Below are positions 1 to 9,464 of a stretch of DNA of 42,198 nt, piece by piece. The stretch's first letter is position 1. Every line of letters begins with the position of its first letter. The notes beneath the pieces were generated by a model. That model was not told the origin of the DNA and did not search any database. It saw only the letters and a list, made by a program, of their open reading frames with translations. Location: positions 1-42,198 of IMG/VR virus record IMGVR_UViG_3300048578_000205. One strand, written 5' to 3'. This DNA is from a virus. Lineage: Duplodnaviria > Caudoviricetes. Position numbers and translations under genes: made by a program.

Positions 1-209
1 TGCGTCGATTGCTGGATCAGCGGATTGAACGTCACGTTCACCCGAGCGATGCCGACTGCGATCAGTTCGTCGGCCGCCTTATTGATCGCCTCGGCATCGA
101 GTTCGCGGGCGTGAATGCGCAGATCAATGTCTTCGAAAATGCCGTTCCAGAACTTCGAGGAGCCGAGATTGATACCCGACTTGACCTTGTAGACATCAAT
201 CTTGCGCAT
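1..209 (-). CDS. Phage tail/baseplate-associated protein, N-terminal part (truncated by window edge)
   Basis: ATG at 209, open frame MRKIDVYKVKSGINLGSSKFWNGIFEDIDLRIHARE... runs off the edge; starts just after the upstream stop at 214; absent from the ORF track. Confidence 0.7.
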   Translation of the reverse strand, partial: MRKIDVYKVKSGINLGSSKFWNGIFEDIDLRIHARELDAEAINKAADELIAVGIARVNVTFNPLIQQST

Positions 210-213
210 GAGA

Positions 214-420
214 TTAGATCTTCTTGATCGCAGACTCGAGAGCGTCCATGTTCGCTTCACACGCGCGACCCTTCATGGTCACGCCCTGAAACGGGCGGAT
301 CTTCACCCCGCCTACTTCGATGCTCCGCTTCAGCTTGACCTCATACTGAGCGTCAGGCTCGAACGCATCGGGCACCGCGGGTGGCGCATCAGTGACCTTT
401 GCCATCGATTTTCTCGCCAT
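214..420 (-). CDS. Small hypothetical phage protein
   Basis: GGAGA RBS before ATG 420 (MARKSMAKV...); co-oriented in the tail operon. Confidence 0.65.
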   Translation of the reverse strand: MARKSMAKVTDAPPAVPDAFEPDAQYEVKLKRSIEVGGVKIRPFQGVTMKGRACEANMDALESAIKKI

Positions 421-473
421 TTTGGTTCTCCGGAATTTATGCAGGAGCATTACACCCCTGGCCGCCATGTCGA

Positions 474-2732
474 TCAGGTCGACCAGTGGATGCGCTCGGC
501 GACGTGGAAGGTGTTGCCGGCGCTGTTCGTCGTCCCCTTCGTCTCAATGGTGAACGCCGAGAATGCTTGCGCCGTCTCGAAGGTGAAGCGGCGGATGTAG
601 CGGCCTTCCGCGACGCTCTCCACCTCCGTCACCGTGGCGTCCGGCGTTTCCCATGCACTTCCCACACGCAGCCGCACATCAAGGTCATGCGGCGTCTCAT
701 CGAAGCTCTCCAATAGGCACTCGACCGTCACGGAGGTCGTCGGCGCCGCGAGCGTCTGTTGTTTCGAGATGTGCGTGAACGCCGTTTTCGGGCGCGACAG
801 CTTGCAGCGCGACCCCGTGATGACAAGGCCTGGCATGACGTCACGAGTGCCGACGAACCGGACCCGAGCCCGACACAGCGGGGGCGCCGCGTTGAACGCG
901 GACAGGTCGTCGGTGGTCAGCGCGATCCAGTTGGTCCCATTCGTAGGGAGGACCTCATAGATCAACTGCGTGCTCTCGGGGGCGATCGTTCCGGCCAAGA
1001 TGTCGATGTTGCGGATGCCGCCATCGAGGTTCCAGGCGCCGAGTTCGATCGTCACCTGCGGCGCCCGAAACTTCGCGCCGTAGAGCTCGAGCATCATGTC
1101 CTTGGTCAGGTCGCCCTGGAACCAGGCGCCGTCCGTCGAGTAGAAAAATGACCCATCGAGGTATGACTGGCCCGTAGCCATGCCAATCTTGTGGTTGGCA
1201 TTCGACACCAGCACGATGGCGTACCGCTTGCCAGCCTTCAGGAAGGTTGGGACGGTGTTGATCCGGGTCCAGTCGCCCGAGATCAGATCAGCGTGGTTCA
1301 CCGTCTGCTTCAGGATCGCCTTGTCGAGATCGGGCACGCCGCCAGTACATTCGACGATCGCCAGATGCACGTTCTCGTTCGCCGCCTTTTCCTTGACGTA
1401 GAAGCCGATCCTGGTCAGCCACGTGTCGTTGGAGTTGAGGAGCGTCTGCGCCACGAGAGCACCAGAGATATGGTGCTCGGTTACGACATATTCCCAATAC
1501 TCCTCGACGTAATTGTCCTCCCACACCTGCTGCATTCGCGGGAAGTGGGCCCACCCGCCGGCAAGGTCCGGCATGTCGAGCACGTTGAACACTTCATTGC
1601 CGATACGAAACAGCATCGTTGCCGGATCGAACACGCCAGAGCGATACCAGGCCGCATTGGTGCAGACGGTGAAGATCTGGCCATAGCGCAGCCGCTTGCG
1701 AGCGATCTGCTTTTGGATCAGATCGATGCTCTGGAACCCGTACTGGGCGATGCCGACCTCGGACGTGTATGGGTAGATGCCCATCTTGAACACGCTATCG
1801 TAGGCCGGCAGGAGGATACCGTTCTGCAGCGACGCATTCGGGTCATTGGACGAGAACAGCGCCAACTCGAATTCGTCAGCGTTGTCGTCGGGGAAGCGAA
1901 TACCCTCCTGGGTCCACGCGCTGTGTCCAAGGTTCTGTTCGTTTTCGGCGTCAGTGTCCGTCTCATCGAGAAAATGGTCGGCGCCCCAATCCGAGTAGGA
2001 CGACGGCAGGTTCACGCGCTCTTTGACGCGCGCGAGATCGCGGTAGATGCGCGTCATATCGTTCTGCGTGCTCTTGCGCCGAAGCTCGGCCGCCAGCGCG
2101 GCGAGATCGGAGCCGAGCGACGACACCCGCGGCTCGATAATGCCCTTCCAGGCGTCGATCAGATCGGCGCGAGCATTGAGGTCTTCGGTCGACGCAACCC
2201 GGTTCTGGACCATCATGGTGATGGCGACGACGCCCGAGGTGTCGAGCAGGACGCGGGCAACTTCCACATCGCCGATCGGGATCGCAGGCGGGTTCGGATC
2301 CGCGGTCTCGCTTCCTTCCGCGATGTCGAGCACGGCGTCGCGGCTGGCGTGCATCGCCACCGCGTCGGGCTCCGTGCGCCCCGTCTCGACATCGACCAGG
2401 AAGTCGCGCTCCTCGACATCAGTCTCCGTCTCGACGCCGTGAGCCGTGATCGAGATGTACTTCTTCGCCGTGATCGGCAGCTTTGGGATCAACGACTGCA
2501 CGGTGCTGCTCGCGCGGACGAAGACCGCGCCGTTCACATCATAGAAGCGGCCGGCCGCGATCGTGACTTCGGCCTGTCCGGTCTTTGCGACGTTGAAGCC
2601 GATGAACCGGCGCGTCCTGGTCACGGCGTCGGATACGATGTGGTCGATGGACTGGCGGACGAAGGCCTGGATGTTGGTGTGATCGTCGGCCTGCTGCTCC
2701 ATCAGGTCTTCAAACTTGACGGTTTTTTCCAT
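474..2732 (-). CDS. Large baseplate/tail structural protein
   Basis: About 752 aa, beta-rich, strong GC3 codon bias, directly after the gpI-like gene; GAGG RBS before ATG 2732 (MEKTVKF). Confidence 0.75.
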   Translation of the reverse strand: MEKTVKFEDLMEQQADDHTNIQAFVRQSIDHIVSDAVTRTRRFIGFNVAKTGQAEVTIAAGRFYDVNGAVFVRASSTVQSLIPKLPITAKKYISITAHGVETETDVEERDFLVDVETGRTEPDAVAMHASRDAVLDIAEGSETADPNPPAIPIGDVEVARVLLDTSGVVAITMMVQNRVASTEDLNARADLIDAWKGIIEPRVSSLGSDLAALAAELRRKSTQNDMTRIYRDLARVKERVNLPSSYSDWGADHFLDETDTDAENEQNLGHSAWTQEGIRFPDDNADEFELALFSSNDPNASLQNGILLPAYDSVFKMGIYPYTSEVGIAQYGFQSIDLIQKQIARKRLRYGQIFTVCTNAAWYRSGVFDPATMLFRIGNEVFNVLDMPDLAGGWAHFPRMQQVWEDNYVEEYWEYVVTEHHISGALVAQTLLNSNDTWLTRIGFYVKEKAANENVHLAIVECTGGVPDLDKAILKQTVNHADLISGDWTRINTVPTFLKAGKRYAIVLVSNANHKIGMATGQSYLDGSFFYSTDGAWFQGDLTKDMMLELYGAKFRAPQVTIELGAWNLDGGIRNIDILAGTIAPESTQLIYEVLPTNGTNWIALTTDDLSAFNAAPPLCRARVRFVGTRDVMPGLVITGSRCKLSRPKTAFTHISKQQTLAAPTTSVTVECLLESFDETPHDLDVRLRVGSAWETPDATVTEVESVAEGRYIRRFTFETAQAFSAFTIETKGTTNSAGNTFHVAERIHWST

Positions 2733-2745
2733 AGCGAACCTCTTG

Positions 2746-3978
2746 CTACCGCCGTCCGACAATCACATTGTCGATGTCAGCACGAATGGGAGCTCCGCCG
2801 GCGACGAAGCGATGGACGGGGCCGATTTTGACCAGCACCTTGTCGGAGAGCCTTTTCGAGGCGGCGATTGCGGCCCGCGCTTCGGCGAGCCGTGTGCCGT
2901 CGTGGGGTATCCAGAACCGTTTGCGCGCTCCGACGACCCCCTCGCCAGCCTTCCAAGACGGGCGTTTCCCCGGCACCGAGAGGTGGACGCGAGCGGTGTG
3001 CGGCCGAAAGCCGTACCGCCCCACGCCCATGAACTGCACTACCGGCCGGCGCGCGGACTTCGTGCCGTCATAGACGGGGTATCGCTCGAAGATGCGAAGC
3101 GGCGCCGTCGAGCGAACGAAGAACGCCCGGTGTCGCATCGGCATGTTTGAGAACACCGAGTAGCCGCGGGTGCCCCCGATACGGATGCGCTCGGGTTCCG
3201 ACTGCACCGCCTGCAAGGTCGGCGTCAACGGCGAGCGCCAGGGCAACCGCGTCGTCGGGGCGATCGTCACAAGCCGGCGCCAGGCGGTCGAGACAATGTA
3301 GAAGCGCCCGCCGAATGGCCGCCCGCTGAACACGCCCTTGCCCTCGGTCGCCTTCAGGTGAAGCCGGAACGTGGATCCCAGGTTAGAGACGCGGGTATCG
3401 GTCTCCTGGCCCTCGACAACCCACCGGGCTCGGCGCTTCAGGCGTTCCAGCGCTGTCGATTTGACCGTGAAGGCGCCGCCCAGGCAAAACCTCCGCGAGT
3501 GCAGACTGACACCGGAGCGGCTGTTCAAGAACGCCTTGTAGGGGCTGGCGACGCCTCGATCAGCGATCCGCCAGACGCGCACCTGCGGCAGCTTGGCGAG
3601 CCACGCCTCGCGCTCGGCCTTAGTGAGCGACTTGCCCGAGAACACCTTCATGGGTGGGCGCTCGATCTTGAGCACCTCGGCGTCCGCATAGCGGGCGTAT
3701 TCCCGCAGCGCGTAGGCGGTGCCCTTGCGGGCGTGCAGGAGCAGCGACGCATTGATGACTGCGCGCTTGCGCGCGTCGGTCCATCCGGCCTTCCAGATAT
3801 CGACCGAAAATTCGAAGCCGAGATGCGGGAGGAACCCCGCGGGGGTTTTCAGCGGCCGCTTCAGCAGGTCGATTGGCGCCGGGATTTCTTGCACCCGCCG
3901 CCCCACAGACGCCAAGACGCGCTCGAGCGGGCTGCTGTTCCTTTCGGGCAGCAGGTGGTCGGCATATTCGAGTGCCAC
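2746..3978 (-). CDS. Phage tail protein I (P2 gpI-like N-terminal domain) with long basic C-terminal extension
   Basis: LLP..SSPLER, P.GFLPHLGFEFSVDIW and HARKGT.YAL motifs of Tail_P2_I; follows gpJ. Confidence 0.85.
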   Translation of the reverse strand: MALEYADHLLPERNSSPLERVLASVGRRVQEIPAPIDLLKRPLKTPAGFLPHLGFEFSVDIWKAGWTDARKRAVINASLLLHARKGTAYALREYARYADAEVLKIERPPMKVFSGKSLTKAEREAWLAKLPQVRVWRIADRGVASPYKAFLNSRSGVSLHSRRFCLGGAFTVKSTALERLKRRARWVVEGQETDTRVSNLGSTFRLHLKATEGKGVFSGRPFGGRFYIVSTAWRRLVTIAPTTRLPWRSPLTPTLQAVQSEPERIRIGGTRGYSVFSNMPMRHRAFFVRSTAPLRIFERYPVYDGTKSARRPVVQFMGVGRYGFRPHTARVHLSVPGKRPSWKAGEGVVGARKRFWIPHDGTRLAEARAAIAASKRLSDKVLVKIGPVHRFVAGGAPIRADIDNVIVGRR

Positions 3979-3982
3979 GGCT

Positions 3983-4879
3983 CTATTCTCTGATATTGAC
4001 GTTGACCACCACGCCGGTCAGGCGGGGAATCTGGTATTGCGCCGGCACGACGTTGACGGCCGGCACCTGAAGCTCGACGCCCTCGACGCCGCCAACGGCG
4101 GCGGCGGTGATCAGGCCGGACCGGAAGACGGTCGCTCCAATCCGGCAGCGGCTGGCGCCGTAGGCCGTGATCGCTTCGATGGCCTTGGTGCGCAGAAGGT
4201 TTTGGTCCGGTCCGCGCGGCACCGTGATGGTTTCCTCGACCGCGTAGTCGATCCGCTCCGCCCGGCGGACCATGACGGCATCCGTCAGCGGAACCGTGTC
4301 CTCGCGCTCGAAGCGGTCGACGAGTTTTTCCAGTACGGCGCCGCTCAGGTCGGCGCCGGCCTCGCCGGCCACCACCACGATGACCTCGCCGTCGCGCGGG
4401 CTGTACGCCCAAGCGTCCGCCACGGAGCCGTCGATAGTCAGGGCATGGAAGATGTAGGCGCCGCGCGGGCCGGCCACCGAAAAGGCCTCCGGCGCCAGCT
4501 GGATGCGCCTGCGCAGCCGCTCGTCGCTTTCCATGACGCCGGTCGCGATCTCCATGCGCACGACGCCGATCAGGGCGCCCAGGTGATCGAGGTCGGTGCC
4601 GGTCGCATAGGCCAGCAGCACCGCGCGTGCCTTGTCGTTGACCAGCGCCCGTAGCAGCGTCTCGCGATACGCATACGCCTGGAGCAGGATCGTCATCGGC
4701 TCGGTTTCGAGGCCGAGCGTATCGAGCACTGGCAGGTCAGGACGGCTGACCCTGATCTCTGCCCACCGCGCCAGGACCCATGCCTTCTGAGAGGCAAGGA
4801 TCGTCTCGGCGTCGATCTCCTCGATCAGCTTCGCCGGCGCCAGCAGGGAGAGGTCCGGCGCCAGGAACCGGGACGACAT
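3983..4879 (-). CDS. Baseplate assembly protein J (P2 gpJ-like)
   Basis: AYRETLLRALVNDKARAVLLAYATGTDLDHLG, ESDERLRRRIQLAPEAFSVAGPRGAY. Confidence 0.93.
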   Translation of the reverse strand: MSSRFLAPDLSLLAPAKLIEEIDAETILASQKAWVLARWAEIRVSRPDLPVLDTLGLETEPMTILLQAYAYRETLLRALVNDKARAVLLAYATGTDLDHLGALIGVVRMEIATGVMESDERLRRRIQLAPEAFSVAGPRGAYIFHALTIDGSVADAWAYSPRDGEVIVVVAGEAGADLSGAVLEKLVDRFEREDTVPLTDAVMVRRAERIDYAVEETITVPRGPDQNLLRTKAIEAITAYGASRCRIGATVFRSGLITAAAVGGVEGVELQVPAVNVVPAQYQIPRLTGVVVNVNIRE

Positions 4880-4906
4880 GGGAAAACTCCAGAAACAGAG
4901 GCGCTG

Positions 4907-5293
4907 CTATTCGAACAGCGGGATTGTCAGGGTCCGCACATCCTCGGGCGTAAAGTCGCCCAGGTGCCCGCGCGGCATGTAGATGCCGACGATCTCGATC
5001 GTCAGAGAACCGGTGCGCTCGACCTTTTTCGGGGTCAACTTGGTGATCTTGAAGTTCGGCATCCGCGGCAGGCCGTTCTCGATGATCTCCATCGACGTGA
5101 TGATCGCCATGAAGACCCGAACTACCGTGTTCTCGGTCATGTTCTCGCCGAGCAGTTGCGGTACGTTCGACCCCCACCACATGCGCAGGATGCGTTGCCC
5201 GTATCCTGTCGTGAAGATCCGCATGATGTGGTCGGCAACCCGTGGCCAGCCATCGAGCAGGCCGCCGGTGATCGGGTCCATGCCAGCCATCAT
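4907..5293 (-). CDS. Baseplate wedge protein gpW/gp25-like
   Basis: GMDPITG...IFTT.YGQRILR.WWGS motif, located between gpV and gpJ. Confidence 0.85.
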   Translation of the reverse strand: MMAGMDPITGGLLDGWPRVADHIMRIFTTGYGQRILRMWWGSNVPQLLGENMTENTVVRVFMAIITSMEIIENGLPRMPNFKITKLTPKKVERTGSLTIEIVGIYMPRGHLGDFTPEDVRTLTIPLFE

Positions 5294-5907
5294 CCGACCT
5301 TTGCGAAAGCTTTCAGCGCTGGCCCACCTTCGGTCAGCACCTTGTCTGGCGGGCGGTCGCCCTTGCTGGTCAGGCCGATATAGGTCTTGCCGACCGCCTC
5401 AACGGCCGTCGCGACGGCGCTGATCGTGTCGCTCGTGATTTCGAAGGTGGCCCCGCCGACCTTGAGTGCGATCTTGGTCTTCGCGTTGACCTCGACCTCC
5501 TGCGCCGTGTCGATCACCAGCTTCCCCTCCTTCAGGGTGAGCTTGAAGTCCGGGTGCGTGATGACCACCGCGTCGGGATCGTCAGAAGGTGGCGGATGCT
5601 GGTTGCTCCAAAACAGCGAAGTCGCCACCCCTTGCTGGAAATCCCCGGCCGGCGACAACAGAGTGAGCTGCTCGCCCTCCTTCGGTACGCGGTGCACGTT
5701 GAGGCCCTGAGGCCCGCCATTGGGCGACACATATGGGATCCAGGGTGACAGAAACGGATCGGCATCCTGGCCGCCGACCCGCATGCGCACGAACCAGCGA
5801 CCCTCGATCTTCTTTCGCTCCGTCACCGGGCCATGGCGGAACAGGTTGTCGATCTTGCGCTCGACCTCGGCAATGCGGGTCAATGCCTCGAGCAATTCCA
5901 TCGACAT
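5290..5907 (-). CDS. Baseplate assembly/spike protein gpV-like
   Basis: NLFRHGPV, SPWIPY, P.EGEQLTLLSPAGD motifs of phage baseplate V. Confidence 0.88.
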   Translation of the reverse strand: MSMELLEALTRIAEVERKIDNLFRHGPVTERKKIEGRWFVRMRVGGQDADPFLSPWIPYVSPNGGPQGLNVHRVPKEGEQLTLLSPAGDFQQGVATSLFWSNQHPPPSDDPDAVVITHPDFKLTLKEGKLVIDTAQEVEVNAKTKIALKVGGATFEITSDTISAVATAVEAVGKTYIGLTSKGDRPPDKVLTEGGPALKAFAKVG

Positions 5908-5914
5908 GGAGGCG

Positions 5915-6700
5915 TCATGGCTCCGGGGCGATCACCAGCGTGCCGTCGGCATCGGTTGAGGACACATCGATCTCAGCAATCTGGGCCGCATCGCCTGGTT
6001 TGGTATCGTCCTCGGGCGCCAGGCCAATGCCGCGGATGCCCGCCTGCGTCAGGCCGAGCGCGGCTTGTGCCTGCTGCCAGTCCGGGACACTCGTGCCGGC
6101 GATCAATTGCCGCCAGTAGCGGGAGAGGTCGGAGAGCTCCGGATCCGCCTCCATGGCGGTGAGCAGGTCGTGCCACACTCCCTCGGGCTCGGCGCCCGGG
6201 ATAGGGTCGGCGACCGTCTCCACCTTATATATGGAGCGGAGCAGCGCCTGGCGGCGGCCCTTGTCGGCGATCGCGCCCCGGTCCCATTCGCTAAAGTCCT
6301 GATTTGGCGCCCGAAACCACAGACGGCGGAACAGCTCGGGCCAGGCCGACTGGTCGGCGAGCAGGACCTTCTCCACCTCATAGGCGAGGCTGCGCAGATA
6401 GATCTCGTTACCCTCGTCCGATGCCGGAATCCGGATTTCCGTCGCTCCGGCGTCGACCGTGACCGCCTGGGCAACGAACATGTCGACCGACAGGTCGATG
6501 ACTTGGCTTGCGCCGAACAAATCCCGACCCTCGACGTCGCGCTTGCCTGTGTCGCAGGAAATAACGATGACCGGCGCCCCTTGGTCACGAAGCGCATCGA
6601 AGGGCTCAACCGCGCTGTCGAAGACGGCGTCGTCGACTGAGGTTCGACCCTTCAGCGAGCGCACTGCGGCGATCTTGATGGCCGCGACCGCAAGGCTCAT
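5915..6700 (-). CDS. Phage neck/tail-completion-like hypothetical protein
   Basis: 261 aa ORF translationally coupled to the upstream gene; position between the head-tail joining gene and gpV. Confidence 0.7.
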   Translation of the reverse strand: MSLAVAAIKIAAVRSLKGRTSVDDAVFDSAVEPFDALRDQGAPVIVISCDTGKRDVEGRDLFGASQVIDLSVDMFVAQAVTVDAGATEIRIPASDEGNEIYLRSLAYEVEKVLLADQSAWPELFRRLWFRAPNQDFSEWDRGAIADKGRRQALLRSIYKVETVADPIPGAEPEGVWHDLLTAMEADPELSDLSRYWRQLIAGTSVPDWQQAQAALGLTQAGIRGIGLAPEDDTKPGDAAQIAEIDVSSTDADGTLVIAPEP

Positions 6701-7092
6701 GAAGGGATCTTCACCAAAGATAACAGCACGCGCGCGAGACCGTCGCTTTCGATAGCCGTGATCTCGAAGGTGGGTGCATCGGTCCGACCGAGAGCGACCA
6801 CGAGATCGCCTACCTTCGGCAGGTCTCCCCCGAGCTTCGCCTGATCGATGCTTGCGATCGTCTCCGCCATGACAAATGAGCGCTCGAAATCGCGGCCGGC
6901 CGCGTTTGCGGTCGCGTGCATGCGGCTTGGTGTTTCCGTGATGATTGCCTGGAGCTCACGTTGCGCGCGGTTCGGGTCGAATGCCGCTGCCGTGTAGCCG
7001 GCAGTCAGCATCGGCACGAGGCGGATCGTCTCGGCGAAGACGCGGTCAAGCTGAGGCTGCCGAGCCGCCCACGAATTGGCAAAATGGGACAT
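6697..7092 (-). CDS. Head-tail joining protein (lambda gpFII-like)
   Basis: 131 aa, LDRVFAETIRLVP...PKVGDLV...FEITAIESDG; position after the capsid region. Confidence 0.65.
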   Translation of the reverse strand: MSHFANSWAARQPQLDRVFAETIRLVPMLTAGYTAAAFDPNRAQRELQAIITETPSRMHATANAAGRDFERSFVMAETIASIDQAKLGGDLPKVGDLVVALGRTDAPTFEITAIESDGLARVLLSLVKIPS

Positions 7093-7124
7093 TTGGCGTC
7101 AGTGCCTGGAGCGATCCCGCCGGA

Positions 7125-7865
7125 CTATTTCTGGGGAGCTGCAGCCGAAAAAGTGTTGCAGACAGCAACTGTGCCAATCTTGAATCCGGCAGCAAACCAT
7201 AGTTTGCGTTGATCAAGCGAGCCCGACGCGGTCGGAGGGACTGGAAGTTTATCGCGCCAAGCCGACGCCGCCTCCAATGCTCCCTCAATTTTGGCTGGTT
7301 CGACAATTGCGTCGCTGTGGATGCGGTTCACTTCGTGTGCCCAAAGCCCGGCGAAACAGTCGGCTTGCAGTTCTACCAGTTCCTGAATGAAATTCGAGGC
7401 AGACTCCGGCAATGCCCGCTGGCGTGCTTGTACTTTGGGCAGAATCCCAAGGAGGTTCTGTACGTGGTGTCCAACTTCGCGGGTGATCACAAAAGCCCGG
7501 GCAAGATCGCAGTCGAAGGCGCCTTCGCAGTCGGAAAAAAAAGTTGGATCAAGATAAATCTTCTTGTCGGCCAGACAGTAGAACGGCCCCCTTTCCTTCT
7601 GGGCGGCGCTATCGCATCCCGTCTTAGTCAATCCGCTATACAGCACGAGCACAGGCTTCTCGTACTGCTGACCGTTCTTTTCAAAAACACCCGACCATAT
7701 TTGCTCGGTACTGCCGAGAATCCTCGACGCAAAATCATTTATCGTATCTTTGGGCACATGAAATTTGAACGTCGGGAGCACAATTGCAGCCGCAGACACA
7801 ATGACACCGGCCGCGGCGGCAGAAATCAGCCCTGCAACGAATATTGCCATCCGCTTCTTGCGCAT
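7125..7865 (-). CDS. YpfJ-like neutral zinc metallopeptidase homologue (moron), HExxH degenerate (REVGH)
   Basis: N-terminal TM helix; GPFYC.ADKKIYLD.TFF, xEVGHHVQNLLG and ELQADCFAG motifs; AT-richer codon usage than flanks. Confidence 0.85.
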   Translation of the reverse strand: MRKKRMAIFVAGLISAAAAGVIVSAAAIVLPTFKFHVPKDTINDFASRILGSTEQIWSGVFEKNGQQYEKPVLVLYSGLTKTGCDSAAQKERGPFYCLADKKIYLDPTFFSDCEGAFDCDLARAFVITREVGHHVQNLLGILPKVQARQRALPESASNFIQELVELQADCFAGLWAHEVNRIHSDAIVEPAKIEGALEAASAWRDKLPVPPTASGSLDQRKLWFAAGFKIGTVAVCNTFSAAAPQK

Positions 7866-8016
7866 GCTGCCGGAGTTCTCAGCTCAACATCGGTTGCGAT
7901 CACAACGAATCTAACCGGGTCTTGTGATTCGCATAAGAGCCGATGCAACAGTCGGGCTCAGGATTCTTGAACGCTACCGGCTGACTCGCCGTATTCAGAA
8001 AGACCCAAATGTCGTT

Positions 8017-8253
8017 TCATTTTGGTCGTCGCTTATTACCCAACATGCATTGTTGGGAGATCCCCCAGCGTCGCCTACGCGACTGCGTATCGTTGCCGGG
8101 CGAAATTTCTCGTGCTTTTGCGTCACAGATCTTCTGCTTACTGGCGTTGTCCTTCGCATCCGCAGGGACAGTCGGCGCGGTCATGGCAGCCAGAAGAGCT
8201 CCACCAATTATTAGCCAAACCCGCGCCGAAATTCGCAATCCACACCATCGCAT
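8017..8253 (-). CDS. Small exported protein with two C-terminal cysteines (moron)
   Basis: Signal-peptide-like LIIGGALLAAMTAPTVPADA then ...KICDAKA...QQCMLG; start chosen at ATG 8253. Confidence 0.5.
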   Translation of the reverse strand: MRWCGLRISARVWLIIGGALLAAMTAPTVPADAKDNASKQKICDAKAREISPGNDTQSRRRRWGISQQCMLGNKRRPK

Positions 8254-8382
8254 CGGGGCCTCCGATTTGCATCGACATTCCCCAGATAAGCCCTGGAACG
8301 GAGCAGATAGTAGCAGCCGGCTATGTTCCCAGGAAGCCAAAGTCGGGCTGCACATGGCGAGTCAGCCGCAGCCACTTCTGGC

Positions 8383-9408
8383 TCAGTGGTGCACGCCCTT
8401 TATCAACGCGCGCGGACGCAGGCACAGCGACAGCGGATTGGTCTGCATTTCCAGGCGGACGGACTTGTTGTTGTCCGACGGGATCGCCTTTGCGTAACGC
8501 GGCAGGCCGAGCGTGTTGACGGTCTCGATGTAATCCGCCGGCGCAAAGAACGTCTTGAACAGGTTCGGCGTGCCAAGCGGGAAGAAGTGGGCCTCGTTGG
8601 CGTCGATGAACGGGGTGACCGTGTCGCCGGCGTCCGTGCCGCCACCGATCCAGCCACGGTAGTTCTCGAAGGTGATGCCGCCGTATTTGAGCGTGGAGAA
8701 GACCACGCCTTCACGAAGGCGGACACCCTCCTGGTAGCGATAGGTGTCGCGAACTTCCGCATGCTCGATCAGATCGTCCCAGAACGTGTCGCCGCAGAGC
8801 GCGTAGACGCTGCTGAACGCCACCCCACCCAGCGTCTGCGACATGGTGCGCACGAGTTGGCTGCACTTCTTGCGAACCGCGGTGTTGGCAATATTGAGGG
8901 CGAAGTTGACCGGCGTCACCGCCGTGACGCCGAACTCGGAGTAGAGATCGTAGATGGTATTGCCGTCGCGGTCGACAATCAGACCCTTGATGGCGCCGAC
9001 CCGCTGGAACTCGGTTGTGACGTCCAGCTGGGATGTGAACATCTCCATACGGCCGGCGAGATAGGTCTCGACCGAGCGCGGCTGCATCTGCGGGCCGAAC
9101 TCGCGGACGTTCTGGACCTCTTCGGCCAGCACGTTGTCGTCGAGCTGATAATGCGGGACTTTCAGCACCCGCGCGCGCCGCAGCGGCTTGGGACGGGTTT
9201 CTCCGGGACCGCCGCGCGGGGTCGGATTGACCAGCGTCAGCATGCCGGACTGTTCCTCGAGCGCGATCGAGGTCGTCGGCACCGGCGCCTCGGTGAACAG
9301 CCCGAGCGACCCCAGGCGTCCCGGCACGAACGGGATCTTGTTGATGCTGTCGGTCAGCGTGACGAAGCTGAAGGCGTCATTGCTGAACACGTCGAGAATG
9401 GGCTGCAT
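8383..9408 (-). CDS. Major capsid protein (lambda gpE / Phage_cap_E family)
   Basis: DAFSFVTLTDSINKIPFVPGRLG, N-terminal RGGPG and C-terminal MQTNPLSLCLRP motifs. Confidence 0.93.
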   Translation of the reverse strand: MQPILDVFSNDAFSFVTLTDSINKIPFVPGRLGSLGLFTEAPVPTTSIALEEQSGMLTLVNPTPRGGPGETRPKPLRRARVLKVPHYQLDDNVLAEEVQNVREFGPQMQPRSVETYLAGRMEMFTSQLDVTTEFQRVGAIKGLIVDRDGNTIYDLYSEFGVTAVTPVNFALNIANTAVRKKCSQLVRTMSQTLGGVAFSSVYALCGDTFWDDLIEHAEVRDTYRYQEGVRLREGVVFSTLKYGGITFENYRGWIGGGTDAGDTVTPFIDANEAHFFPLGTPNLFKTFFAPADYIETVNTLGLPRYAKAIPSDNNKSVRLEMQTNPLSLCLRPRALIKGVHH

Positions 9409-9464
9409 GATTGCAAAATCCTGTCAGGAGAGAATGGTGGGAGCTGGGATCGGTAGCCGCGCGG

